From Nitrososphaeria archaeon (lineage in GTDB: Archaea > Thermoproteota > Nitrososphaeria > Nitrososphaerales > JARVJX01), in contig JARVJX010000001.1 of the NCBI GenBank assembly GCA_029775995.1, positions 1 to 55,804 of the forward strand: a DNA stretch of 55,804 nucleotides. The letters are read 5' to 3'. How positions within the stretch are numbered: position 1 is the first letter of the stretch; each line of letters opens with the position of its first letter. The notes beneath the pieces are model-generated. The model was not told the DNA's origin and made no database searches. It worked only from the letters and a program-made list of their open reading frames with translations. This document shows positions 1-8,558 of this stretch, in pieces. The position numbers were made by a program, and so were the translations under genes.

Positions 1-181
1 AACAGCGTTCTCAACATTCAAGCGTATCTTCGGCGATTACTGCTTGGCTAAGGAGCTGCCAAACATAGCCAAAGAGCTAAAAATAAAAGCATTCATATAC
101 AACACAATCATAAACCTATAAACACAATCCAACACTAAAAACAAAGAGCAAACACACAACAATAATTAAGCCACAAAGCTA
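1..181 (+). mobile_element. Partial IS copy (3' end). It holds the last 39 codons of a DDE-type (IS4/IS5-like) transposase at 2..121, then about 60 nt of element terminus.
   Basis: Frame 2 reads TAFSTFKRIFGDYCLAKELPNIAKELKIKAFIYNTIINL-stop, which resembles the conserved C-terminal tail of IS4/IS5-type transposases. The segment is an exact inverted copy of 55624..55804, and identity ends abruptly at 182. Confidence 0.55.
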
Positions 182-204
182 ATATAGTCATAAACTCTAC
201 AGAA

Positions 205-798
205 TTATCCTACTGGGCTTGCAAAGGTTCCTTCAGCTGTGAATCCAGTATCTGTTACCACTTTTACTGTATAATTGGTAGCTGAACTCCAGAAGAAATT
301 TGCATCCACACGAGGAATAACAAAACTAATAGTTACTCCTGGAGGTATGACATTACCTGTTGTAAAATCTGTTCTAAATACTGTAGCATCGGGTAAAGTA
401 ATGTATATGGTTTGTATAACTGCTGGAACTGTACCTTTATTTCTTATGGTAACTAAGACATAGGGATTTAAAGTAGCGGTAGTAGGGTTGCCAGAAATAC
501 TTGTAGTTCTAGTGAGAGTGAATGAGGTTGTTCTAGGTATATTTTCAGATATGAATGTCGTCTCAGTTGTTGTCCCAGTCCACACTGTTGCAGCACCGCT
601 AGTCGACATTAAAGCCTTCTTAAACTGAATATCCTCAATACTAATTGAAGTTTGGGCTTGCCTAGCTTGACCTGTTAAGCTCGATGATACAAAGGTATAA
701 GTGATTACTGATGCTGCAACACTAATAGCTATTAACAATAGTGTAGCTACTATGGGGCTAACTGCTTTCCTTTTATTCTTCAGTGTATGAATCACCAC
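205..798 (-). CDS. Archaeal type IV pilin-like protein with a class III signal peptide
   Basis: The N-terminus KNKRKAVSPIVATLLLIAISVAASVI matches the archaeal prepilin/archaellin N-terminal motif (basic residues, a small residue, then (V/L)SP(I/V)IAT and a hydrophobic helix). The remainder is Thr/Ser-rich and looks secreted. Confidence 0.7.
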   Translation of the reverse strand: MVIHTLKNKRKAVSPIVATLLLIAISVAASVITYTFVSSSLTGQARQAQTSISIEDIQFKKALMSTSGAATVWTGTTTETTFISENIPRTTSFTLTRTTSISGNPTTATLNPYVLVTIRNKGTVPAVIQTIYITLPDATVFRTDFTTGNVIPPGVTISFVIPRVDANFFWSSATNYTVKVVTDTGFTAEGTFASPVG

Positions 799-1111
799 GA
801 ATCCTTTGTAAGGAAGGATATATAAACTTTTTATTTAAAAGGTTTAGACTCTTATATCATAAATTTTATTCTAAACTATTTTGAAGATTAACATAAGCGA
901 TTAAAATTAGAAAGATTTCTTAAATAGGATAAAATCATAAAATTTTTGAGTTCTATATAGAGTTTGAAATAGGCTCTCTCGCATTAAATTATGGAAGTGC
1001 GATTAGGAAATAAAATATTATTTATTAAATATTCCAATGTGAATTTATAAAATATAACAGTGTTAATATATAAATTTTAATATGAGAATAAAGGGAGGAA
1101 GGTGGAGTTAG

Positions 1112-1387
1112 ATGAGCCATATAATTCCAAAGCCTTTAGAAAAGAGTAGAAAGCCCACAAAGGCCCAAATTATAGGCTGGTCTATAACCACTATCTTTAT
1201 GTTTCTTATTTTGCTCTATATAGGAAACTTTGGAAGATTTTTATTCCCACATTCTCCTCAATCTTTCATAATATTCTCACAAATGCAATTGGTTTACATA
1301 TTGGCCATGGCCGTTTTATCCATATTTCTTAGTGCCCTAATATGGATAGTGATAATCTTTAGGGATAAAGGTGAGCAAGTTGGTTAA
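1112..1387 (+). CDS. Small two-helix membrane protein; first gene of the oxidase operon, possibly an accessory oxidase subunit
   Basis: Two hydrophobic stretches are present. Its stop overlaps the start of subunit II. I recognise no family motif. Confidence 0.4.
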   Translation: MSHIIPKPLEKSRKPTKAQIIGWSITTIFMFLILLYIGNFGRFLFPHSPQSFIIFSQMQLVYILAMAVLSIFLSALIWIVIIFRDKGEQVG

Positions 1388-1811
1388 GGCTAAGCAGTGG
1401 GAGATAACTACCATAATTTTAGCCTCTATAACCCTTGTAACTCTTGGGATAATTGGAACCTTAGGTCTATATGCTATAGACCTTAAGCCTCCAAAGGTTA
1501 AAGAAGGCGATTACATTACCATTAAGGTCTTTGCAAGGCAATTTGCTTGGAGATTTGAGTATCCTGATGGTGAAAAGTTAGGGCAATTAAAGATTAAGGT
1601 GGGGCAATTGGTAAAGTTGGAGCTTTATAGCGAGGATGTTATTCATTCTCTTTACATAAGAGAGTTAGGTATAAAGAAGGATGTTATTCCAGGAAAGGTT
1701 AATGATATTTGGTTAAGGGTTGATAAAGCTGGGGAATTCAACATATTTTGTGCCGAATTTTGTGGAAGGAATCATTATGCTATGATAACCAAATTAATAG
1801 TTGAGGGATAG
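1371..1811 (+). CDS. coxB: Heme-copper oxidase subunit II (CuA cupredoxin domain), a short form
   Basis: One N-terminal transmembrane helix. CuA ligand pattern DVIHS...CAEFCGRNHYAM (H...CxExCGxxHxxM). Confidence 0.85.
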   Translation: MSKLVKAKQWEITTIILASITLVTLGIIGTLGLYAIDLKPPKVKEGDYITIKVFARQFAWRFEYPDGEKLGQLKIKVGQLVKLELYSEDVIHSLYIRELGIKKDVIPGKVNDIWLRVDKAGEFNIFCAEFCGRNHYAMITKLIVEG

Positions 1812-1813
1812 TT

Positions 1814-3409
1814 ATGGCTATAGAAACGGCAAATAAAGAGAAGCATGAGCCCTTTTACAAGAGCCTAAGGACCTTTTTTACAACTACTCATCATACCGAT
1901 ATAGGAGTATTATACACTTGGACGGCCTTACTTAACTTTCTTTTAGCTGGTATAATGGCCTTTATAATGAGGGTAGAGTTAGTGAGACCAGTAAAGGATA
2001 TATCACCAGAAACTTACGCAAGCCTATTTACCCTTCATGGAACAGCCATGATATTTCTCTTTGTAATTCCAGCCTTTTCTGGATTAACTAATTATCTACT
2101 ACCAAAGATGATTGGGGCTAAGGATATGTATTGGCCAAAGATAAATGCTTTATCTTACTGGCTCTTTATTCCTGGTAATCTTTTAATATGGTTAGGGGCT
2201 CCAGCCATAGGTTGGACGGGCTACACTCCCTTATCTGTGGTAACTGAAGGGATAGGGGTTGATATGTGGATTTTGGGTTTACATATAATAGGCATAGCAT
2301 CCATGCTAGGGGCTTTAAACTTTTTAGTTACCATAATGAAGTTAAGGGCTCCAGGAGTATATTATAGAAATATGCCTTTATTTGCTTGGGCAGTATTCGC
2401 TACAGCCATAATTGTAATATATGCTAATCCTGTTTTAGCAGCTGGATTAGCCCTTTTACTCCTAGATAGAAATTTTGGAACCTTCTTCTTCATACCTGAA
2501 AAGGGAGGGGATGCTTTACTATGGCAGCATGTATTTTGGTTCTTTGGTCATCCTGAAGTTTACATAATTGTTTTACCAGCCATGGGTTTAGTATCTGAAA
2601 TTATACCAAGGTTGGCAAGAAAGGAAATTTACGGTTATTGGGCCATAGCCTTATCATCTATGCTCATACTCTTTATGAGCTTTGGTGTATGGGTTCACCA
2701 TATGTTCACAACAGGGCTATCTATAGAGGCAAGGGTTCCCTTTATGGCTGTAACCATGAGCATCGCTATACCCTCTGGTATAAAGGTCTTTAATTGGATA
2801 GCAACTATGTATGGAGGGAGGATAAAGTTAGAAGTTCCTATGCTATTTATGACTTCCTTTGTAGGAACCTTTATAGTTGGAGGAGTTACAGGAGTTTTCT
2901 TTCCAGTAATTCCAGTAGATTACGCATTACAGGATACCTATTTTGTAGTTGGACACTTTCATTACGTAATTATTGCTGTGGTTAACGCTTTCTTTGGAGC
3001 CATATATTATTACTTTCCTTATATGACAGGTAAAATGTATAATAAACTATGGGGGGTAGTTCACTTCCTAAGCTTTACCATTGGGCAAGTTTTAGCCTTT
3101 ACAAGCTTTTTAGTATTGGGCTTGATGGGTATGCCTAGGCGCTATTACGATTACATACCAGAATTCTCCTTTTGGCACATAGTAGCTACCTTAGGGGTTA
3201 TAATAATAGGCATAGGCTTCATAATATTCATAATAAACATGATTACAAGCATGAGAAAGGGACCAAAGGCTCCTGAAGATCCTTGGGGAGCTAAAAAATA
3301 TGGTATGCCAGACCTTTATGATAGTGATTACTATGAAGTCCAGCCATCTACGATAAAAGAACCATTAGATGAAAATATACTCACTATAAAAGAAAAGGAG
3401 CCTACATGA
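1814..3409 (+). CDS. coxA: Heme-copper oxidase subunit I
   Basis: Signature WFFGHPEVYIIVLPAMG, plus HHMFTTG and GHFHYV. The protein is about 12 helices long at 531 aa. Confidence 0.93.
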   Translation: MAIETANKEKHEPFYKSLRTFFTTTHHTDIGVLYTWTALLNFLLAGIMAFIMRVELVRPVKDISPETYASLFTLHGTAMIFLFVIPAFSGLTNYLLPKMIGAKDMYWPKINALSYWLFIPGNLLIWLGAPAIGWTGYTPLSVVTEGIGVDMWILGLHIIGIASMLGALNFLVTIMKLRAPGVYYRNMPLFAWAVFATAIIVIYANPVLAAGLALLLLDRNFGTFFFIPEKGGDALLWQHVFWFFGHPEVYIIVLPAMGLVSEIIPRLARKEIYGYWAIALSSMLILFMSFGVWVHHMFTTGLSIEARVPFMAVTMSIAIPSGIKVFNWIATMYGGRIKLEVPMLFMTSFVGTFIVGGVTGVFFPVIPVDYALQDTYFVVGHFHYVIIAVVNAFFGAIYYYFPYMTGKMYNKLWGVVHFLSFTIGQVLAFTSFLVLGLMGMPRRYYDYIPEFSFWHIVATLGVIIIGIGFIIFIINMITSMRKGPKAPEDPWGAKKYGMPDLYDSDYYEVQPSTIKEPLDENILTIKEKEPT

Positions 3410-4137
3410 TGATTAAATTAGAACCAAAGTTTAACTTTCTTTTATCCCTCATATCCTTCTTTCTATCCTTTTATATCTTTCAATGGATGCTCTTTGATCC
3501 CTATATTGATTATCTTGAGGAAACAAATTTATTCTTTCACATGATGGGTCAGCATACTCTTCTTTTGCTTGCAGGTTATCTTATACCCTTTGGTTTTGAA
3601 AAGTTAGCTTTATCAAGCTCTAGAATCTTTAAGGGTTCAAATTTATCAAAGGATCTATTAAAGTTATACAGGAATTTAGTTCTCTTAAATTATAAGCTCA
3701 ATCCAAAAGGATTTTTAACTTTATCTTTTACAATCATAATAGTCAGTTATTGGCATATACCTATAATTTTTGACCTTTTACAAGAGGAAGAATTTACTCA
3801 CCAATTTATGCATTTTACTTACAGTTTGGCAGGGAGTTTAATTTACATGAGCTATAAAAGGATGCCTTTCATAATCTCTGTAATCTTAGCTTCTGCCGTG
3901 CATAAAGTTATGCTTATAGGAAGCTTTTTGATACTTTTATCTCCAAATCCAATTTATAAAAGCTACTCTCTTCAAGAAAATATTGCGAATGGATATTATA
4001 TGGCCATCATGGGAGCCATTGGTGAGGTTATTTTTATGCCTTTAATAGTTTACTTTATCTATAAATGGCTCAAGGGTGAAAGGGTTTTAATTAGAATTCC
4101 TCTAGAAAAAGACTTATCAGAAGATTTAACAAAATAA
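3406..4137 (+). CDS. ctaG: Polytopic membrane protein, CtaG-like (Caa3_CtaG-type) oxidase assembly factor
   Basis: Its start overlaps the coxA stop. It has multiple transmembrane helices and His-containing motifs HMMGQHTLLLLAGYLIPFG and HQFMHFTYSLAG, resembling the HxxxH-containing CtaG family. The assignment is from memory of that family. Confidence 0.5.
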   Translation: MMIKLEPKFNFLLSLISFFLSFYIFQWMLFDPYIDYLEETNLFFHMMGQHTLLLLAGYLIPFGFEKLALSSSRIFKGSNLSKDLLKLYRNLVLLNYKLNPKGFLTLSFTIIIVSYWHIPIIFDLLQEEEFTHQFMHFTYSLAGSLIYMSYKRMPFIISVILASAVHKVMLIGSFLILLSPNPIYKSYSLQENIANGYYMAIMGAIGEVIFMPLIVYFIYKWLKGERVLIRIPLEKDLSEDLTK

Positions 4138-4561
4138 TTCCTTTGAAATTAAAGAATCTAATAGGTTGTTGAGAATCTAACTTTATAAATAGTCTTTAAT
4201 ACATATTAACAGGAAAGTTATCCAATCTTTTAAATTGAAGTATAAGAGGAAAAAGGGATACATTCTTTACTTCTAAATTCAAGATACTAACTTTTGTAAA
4301 GAGTAGGATAAAGAACACAAATAACTTCTTTATGAAGTTAAGGGAATTAATTTAATTATAATTAGTCAATTATAATGAGTTCAAACAGAAGTATTAAGGT
4401 TATAACCCTCAATATTGCTATTCAGGTTTTAATACAATCTAAAACTTTTCTCATTTTTCCATAGCGTAGGAATAGCCGATTTATTCCTGTTTCGTAACCT
4501 CTGTATCCAAGCCATCAGCTTTAGCTTGGAAAAGTTTTTATTATCTATTTCCTAATCTTTT

Positions 4562-4864
4562 TTGATGAGTCTAGATCCAGCCCTTGAGAAGAAAATTAAA
4601 GCTTATGAAATTGCTTCCATAATTGCAGCTATAGCAGTTCATTTTGGTGTATTTATCAATGCTTTCATCGTTTTAGCCGTTCTTAAGTTGCCTCTACCAA
4701 GCTTTTTCATAATACATGTAGGATTGCAAATTTTTACCTTTTTGAATGCCATATTTGGAGCTAAGATAATTAGAAGCTATATTAACTTTCTTAACATGCA
4801 TAATATGAAATTTGGTAAAGGGATAGGCAGATACGTTTCTTCTTTGCTCTTTAAGAGAAATTAA
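4562..4864 (+). CDS. Small membrane protein of unknown function
   Basis: About three hydrophobic helices. It lies 8 nt upstream of ctaA. Confidence 0.4.
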   Translation: MMSLDPALEKKIKAYEIASIIAAIAVHFGVFINAFIVLAVLKLPLPSFFIIHVGLQIFTFLNAIFGAKIIRSYINFLNMHNMKFGKGIGRYVSSLLFKRN

Positions 4865-4872
4865 AATAGGCC

Positions 4873-5307
4873 ATGAAATTTATCACCCTTGGAAACTTAA
4901 GGATCTTTTCCTTCACAACCACAGCCTCCATATTCATTCTTATGCTTTTAGGCTCCTATACAAGTAGCATAGGAGCAGGTTTGGCCTGTCCAGATTGGCC
5001 CTTATGCCCAAATATAACCAGTTATCCCATATTTATTGAATTTTTACATAGAACCTGGTCCATGGTAACCTTACTCTTTATTTTGATAACCTTATTCATA
5101 GCTTTAAAGCTTAAAGGAAATGGTTATGAAGGTATAAAGAAAAGCACCTACGCTTTAATAACTGTTTTTTTGGCTCAGGTATTTTGGGGGGCTTTAAATA
5201 TCTTTTTAACCCTTAACCCTATAATTGTTACTGTACATCAAGGTTTAGCCACCTTAACCTTTGGATTAGCCCTTATTTTGACCCTTCAAGCTTATCAGAG
5301 AAGGTAA
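4873..5307 (+). CDS. ctaA: Compact (4-helix, half-size) heme A synthase
   Basis: CPDWPLCP motif followed by FLHRTWS, and four hydrophobic helices in 144 aa. This matches the compact archaeal CtaA/Cox15 variant described for Aeropyrum. Confidence 0.75.
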   Translation: MKFITLGNLRIFSFTTTASIFILMLLGSYTSSIGAGLACPDWPLCPNITSYPIFIEFLHRTWSMVTLLFILITLFIALKLKGNGYEGIKKSTYALITVFLAQVFWGALNIFLTLNPIIVTVHQGLATLTFGLALILTLQAYQRR

Positions 5308-5755
5308 TAAATCTGATAATTTTTAGTTAAGAATAATAAAGAAATAAAAGTTTTAGAAGAGGAAAAGGAAAGGAAAAAAATTAGAATCAAGAATCCAAAA
5401 TTAAGGCTTAGTTTTGTTTTGTTTTGGAAATTAAAATTTTGGTTCAAAGACTCAAAAAAGTCTTATCTACACCACCATGGCAGTGTGAAAAATAAATAGC
5501 TCTAAACTTTTCATTAACTATTATTAATATCTTTAGTGAAGAGGTCTGATAAGCTCCCATTTATTATCGCTAAGCTCCCTAAACTCCCTACATAAAACTC
5601 AGAATGTAAGATTTAAATAATTTTACAATTACTTCAATATTAATAATGGCAAGAACCGAAGAAATCAGTATGTATGTTAACAAAATGTGTGCTTTAAGGG
5701 TAGTACAGCAGTTCCCAAAGAGATAGATTTTTATAGACGTTCATAGCATCTCATC

Positions 5756-6390
5756 ATGATGAGCATAGAGAAACATTATACAATGAAAGAGGCCAGTAGA
5801 ATTCTTGGTGTCAGCGTTAGACGACTTCAAATTTGGGATAAGCAAGGATTAATTAGGTGTGTGAGGACGCCTGGGGTAGGAGGAGAGTACCTGAAAGCGA
5901 GTTGAAAAGGCTCCTTGGAATAAAGGAAGTCGATGTGAGTCGTAAAGTCGCAATATATGTTAGAGCCTCTTCCCATGAGCAGAAGCAGAAGGGAGATTTA
6001 GAAAGGCAAAAACAAAGCTTACTGGACTAGGCTAATTCTAAAGGTTATGAAGTAATAGCAATTCTCGAGGATGTGGCAAGCGGGCTTAACGAGAATAGAA
6101 AGGCCCTGAACAAAATTTTTGACATGGTTGAGAAAAGGGAGGTAGGAATTATTATAACAGCTTTTAAGGATAGGCTTACAAGATTCGGCTTTAAATACTT
6201 AGAGCGTTATTTCGCTTCTCATAACGTAAAAATTGAAGTTGTTAACGGTGAAGAGCCTAAAGATGCCTATCAAGAGCTTTTAGAGGATCTCATCGCTTTG
6301 GTTTCAAGTTTTGCAGGAAAGCTCTATGGTTTGAGAAGTCACAAGTACAGGAAGGTGGTTGAAGGTGTCAAACAGCTTATTGCTGAATGA
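5756..6390 (+). pseudogene. tnpA: IS607-type serine recombinase TnpA, disrupted by one frameshift and one in-frame stop
   Basis: The N-terminal HTH is [33 protein letters not shown]. The frame breaks near 5876..5880. The shifted frame continues [41 protein letters not shown], which contains the catalytic-Ser motif. An in-frame TAG sits at 6028..6030, after which ORF 6073..6390 continues in the same frame. Confidence 0.75.
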
Positions 6391-7555
6391 GACCTGCAGG
6401 TTTAAGCTTGAACCCGAAGAAGAGCGAGCTATCGTTCTTGAGGATCTTTTCAAGACCTACTCAGAGATGGTTAAAGCATGTTTGGATAGGGCTATGCCTT
6501 TAAACGTAACCTCACGTAAGAGGCTTCATGAAGCAATTTATAAGGAGCTGAGAATGAAATATCCAAACTATCCATCTCATTATATCTATACGGCTATAAC
6601 ACAGGCTCTAAGTATATTCAAATCTTACAGGAGGCTCTCTAGGAAGAATAGGAAAATTGATCCTCCAAGGCTTGAAAAGCTAAGCACTATCCTCTTGGAC
6701 GATACCCATCTATTCTGGTTCAGTTGGGGAAGTATAAAGCTGGCATAAAGGGCCTATTACGATTCCATTCAAGGTCCATGAGCATTCAAGGAAGCTCATG
6801 TATTGGCAGGTTAAAGGCTCAAGGCTTGTGAAATTTAATGTTAATAATGAATACTATCTTCATGTTACTTTTAGAAAGACGGTTGAAGAGAAAAAGGCTG
6901 AAGGTATTTTAGGTATCGATGTTAACGAGAGTAGCCTAGACCTAGCTGTTGTGAAGCTAAACAAGGTTAAGTTCATCAAGATAGATATAAGCGAGGCGAA
7001 ATACATTAGAGACAGATACTTCAGGAAGAGGAGGAGTATTCAGAGTAAGACTTCAGGGAAAACAAAAGCTGAGCTGTTAGCAAAGTATTCTGGAAGGGAA
7101 AAGCGGAGGATAAACGACATACTTCATAGAGCAACGAAGATTATAGCTGGCATAATCGCCGAAGAAAACGTTAAACCGATAATGGAGAAACTTACCTACA
7201 TTAGGGAAAGAATACAGTATGGTAGGAAGATGAATAGAAGGCTCCACAACTTGCCTTCAGAAAAATTCAGTCTTACATTTCCTATAAGTCCATGGAGCTA
7301 GGCTTTACTCCTGAAAGGGTTGATGCTAAGAACACTTCCAGGACATGCCCGATATGTGGCGAAATCAATAAGCCAAATGGGCCTGTCTCAAAGTGTAGAA
7401 AATGCGGCTTCCAAAGGGATAGGCACTTAGTTGCAGCTTGGAACATAGCTACAGCTACAAGACTCCCCCTGTGCCGTCCTTTACCGTTGGCGGCGAAGGC
7501 CCTCAATGAATCCCTAATAGAGGTGAGGGGAGGTGAGGGGAGGGGGAAGGGATGA
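6359..7555 (+). pseudogene. tnpB: TnpB (RuvC-like RNA-guided nuclease family), split into three pieces by two frameshifts
   Basis: The pieces are 6359..6748, 6798..7301 and 7292..7555. The first and third share a frame. The middle frame is open from 6738 (SWHKGPITIPFKVHEH...). RuvC-I is ILGIDVNE, the acidic motif is PIMEKL, and the Zn finger plus RuvC-III is CPICGE..CRKCGFQRDRHLVAAWNIA. The second shift lies near the A5 run around 7262 (KIQSYISYKSMELG in the alternate frame). Confidence 0.8.
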
Positions 7556-7581
7556 AAGTCTATGAATCCCACAACGGTTAA

Positions 7582-8019
7582 TTACTCACCTAACTCTCTC
7601 TTTATGCTTTCTATCAATAGTTTAGTATTCTTTTTTACTACTGGGCTCATCAATCTGGAGCCTATTCCAGCTAACATTCCTCCCACTTTTACATCAGCCT
7701 CCCAATCCACTTTTGTACCACCATTAAAATCGCTAAGCTTAAAGAAAATTGTCAAGTCCATCACACTCCCTACCCCTGAACCTCTTCCAACCAACTTTGC
7801 CTTCTCATTTTCAACCTTTTCAGCTATATTAAAGCTAACAGAAACGGTACCTTTGATGTGAGCCAATCCAACCTTAAATTTTGTATCAAAGTTATTTTCA
7901 TCCTTAACCTTTAATTCCTGTAAGTCGGGTAAACATTTAGCCAATCTATTAGGGTCTAAGAAAAATCTGTAAACCTCTTCTCTATTTCTTTTTAGCTCTA
8001 AGCTACCATTGATTTTCAT
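7582..8019 (-). CDS. coxG: CoxG-like SRPBCC protein
   Basis: 145 aa. Motifs VYRFFLDPNRLAKCLPD...GTKVDWEADVKVGGMLAGIGSRL are typical of the CoxG family. Its start overlaps the coxS stop. Confidence 0.75.
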   Translation of the reverse strand: MKINGSLELKRNREEVYRFFLDPNRLAKCLPDLQELKVKDENNFDTKFKVGLAHIKGTVSVSFNIAEKVENEKAKLVGRGSGVGSVMDLTIFFKLSDFNGGTKVDWEADVKVGGMLAGIGSRLMSPVVKKNTKLLIESIKRELGE

Positions 8020-8558
8020 TACCTTCTCATCTTCTCAGCTGCACTACTAATAGCCTTCACTATATTTTGATATCCTGTGCATCTACATAAATTACCTGAT
8101 ATTCCTATTCTTATCTCTTCCTCTGTAGGATTTTTGTTTCTACTTAGTAAGGCATAGGCAGATAGTATCATTCCTGGAGTACAATAACCACACTGCAAAG
8201 CGTGATGCTCCCAAAAGGCCTCTTGAATAGGATCTAACTTACCATTCTTAGCCAAGCCCTCAATGGTCAATATATCTGAACCATTAGCTTGAACAGCGAA
8301 CATCGTGCAAGACTTTACACTCTTTCCATTTAGTATAACTGTGCAGGCACCACAATTTGATGTTTCACAACCTATATGGGTTCCAGTAAGGCCTAAAACA
8401 TCCCTTAAAAAATGAACTAACAATAGCCTAGGCTCTACAATAGCCTCATAATCCTTTTCATTTACCCTGACTTTAATAGAGCATTTTTGTAAAGGAGCTA
8501 CCTTTTCGCTTAATTTTTTTCTTGATTTAACCTTTAACATATCTCTTCCCTCCCTCAC
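8019..8558 (-). CDS. coxS: Mo-hydroxylase / CO dehydrogenase family small subunit, (2Fe-2S)x2
   Basis: Contains [11 protein letters not shown] and [10 protein letters not shown]...CRCTGY cluster motifs. Confidence 0.9.
   Translation of the reverse strand: MREGRDMLKVKSRKKLSEKVAPLQKCSIKVRVNEKDYEAIVEPRLLLVHFLRDVLGLTGTHIGCETSNCGACTVILNGKSVKSCTMFAVQANGSDILTIEGLAKNGKLDPIQEAFWEHHALQCGYCTPGMILSAYALLSRNKNPTEEEIRIGISGNLCRCTGYQNIVKAISSAAEKMRR

Larger units (their letters stand above)
5550..7560 (+). mobile_element. Decayed IS607-family element (serine-recombinase tnpA plus tnpB); boundaries approximate
   Basis: A MerR-like HTH and serine-recombinase gene is followed by a tnpB with RuvC and Zn-finger motifs, and both are disrupted. 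Three copies of TAA(G/A)CTCCC at 5550..5588 may be left-end subterminal repeats. A G-rich GGGAG-containing tract at 7521..7551 lies at the right end. Confidence 0.65.

Noticed and set aside
275-463. Short ORFs run antisense to, or lie inside, well-supported genes. Examples: 275..463, 2794..2985, 8559..8828, 9501..9716, 10119..10313, 11672..11896, 13299..13659, 15873..16226, 25303..25488, 26047..26247, 27447..27638, 29654..29836, 30260..30445, 31548..31769, 34781..35089, 36256..36507, 40029..40226, 45233..45920, 46742..47574, 50200..50482, 52049..52252, 54063..54248.
   Set aside because: Each overlaps a longer ORF that has clear family motifs. Their translations are low-complexity and typical of shadow frames in AT-rich DNA.
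4138-5755. I inspected the long intergenic stretches (4138..4561, 5308..5755, 43471..43752, 44418..44744) by eye for tRNA, rRNA and box C/D sRNA genes.
   Set aside because: I found no cloverleaf-compatible GC-rich segments, no T-loop-like GTTCRANYC motifs, and no paired C (RUGAUGA) / D (CUGA) boxes at the right spacing. Only short hairpins are present. A covariance-model scan would be needed to be sure.
6028-6030. The in-frame TAG in tnpA could be a recoded (pyrrolysine-type) codon.
   Set aside because: No pyl genes are visible. The same gene also carries a frameshift, and the neighbouring tnpB carries two. Ordinary decay is the economical explanation.
7282-7861. Track ORFs 7282..7572 (-) and 7562..7861 (+).
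   Set aside because: They are antisense shadows of the tnpB 3' piece and of coxG respectively. Their composition is low-complexity and Pro/Ser/Leu-rich, and they lack motifs.
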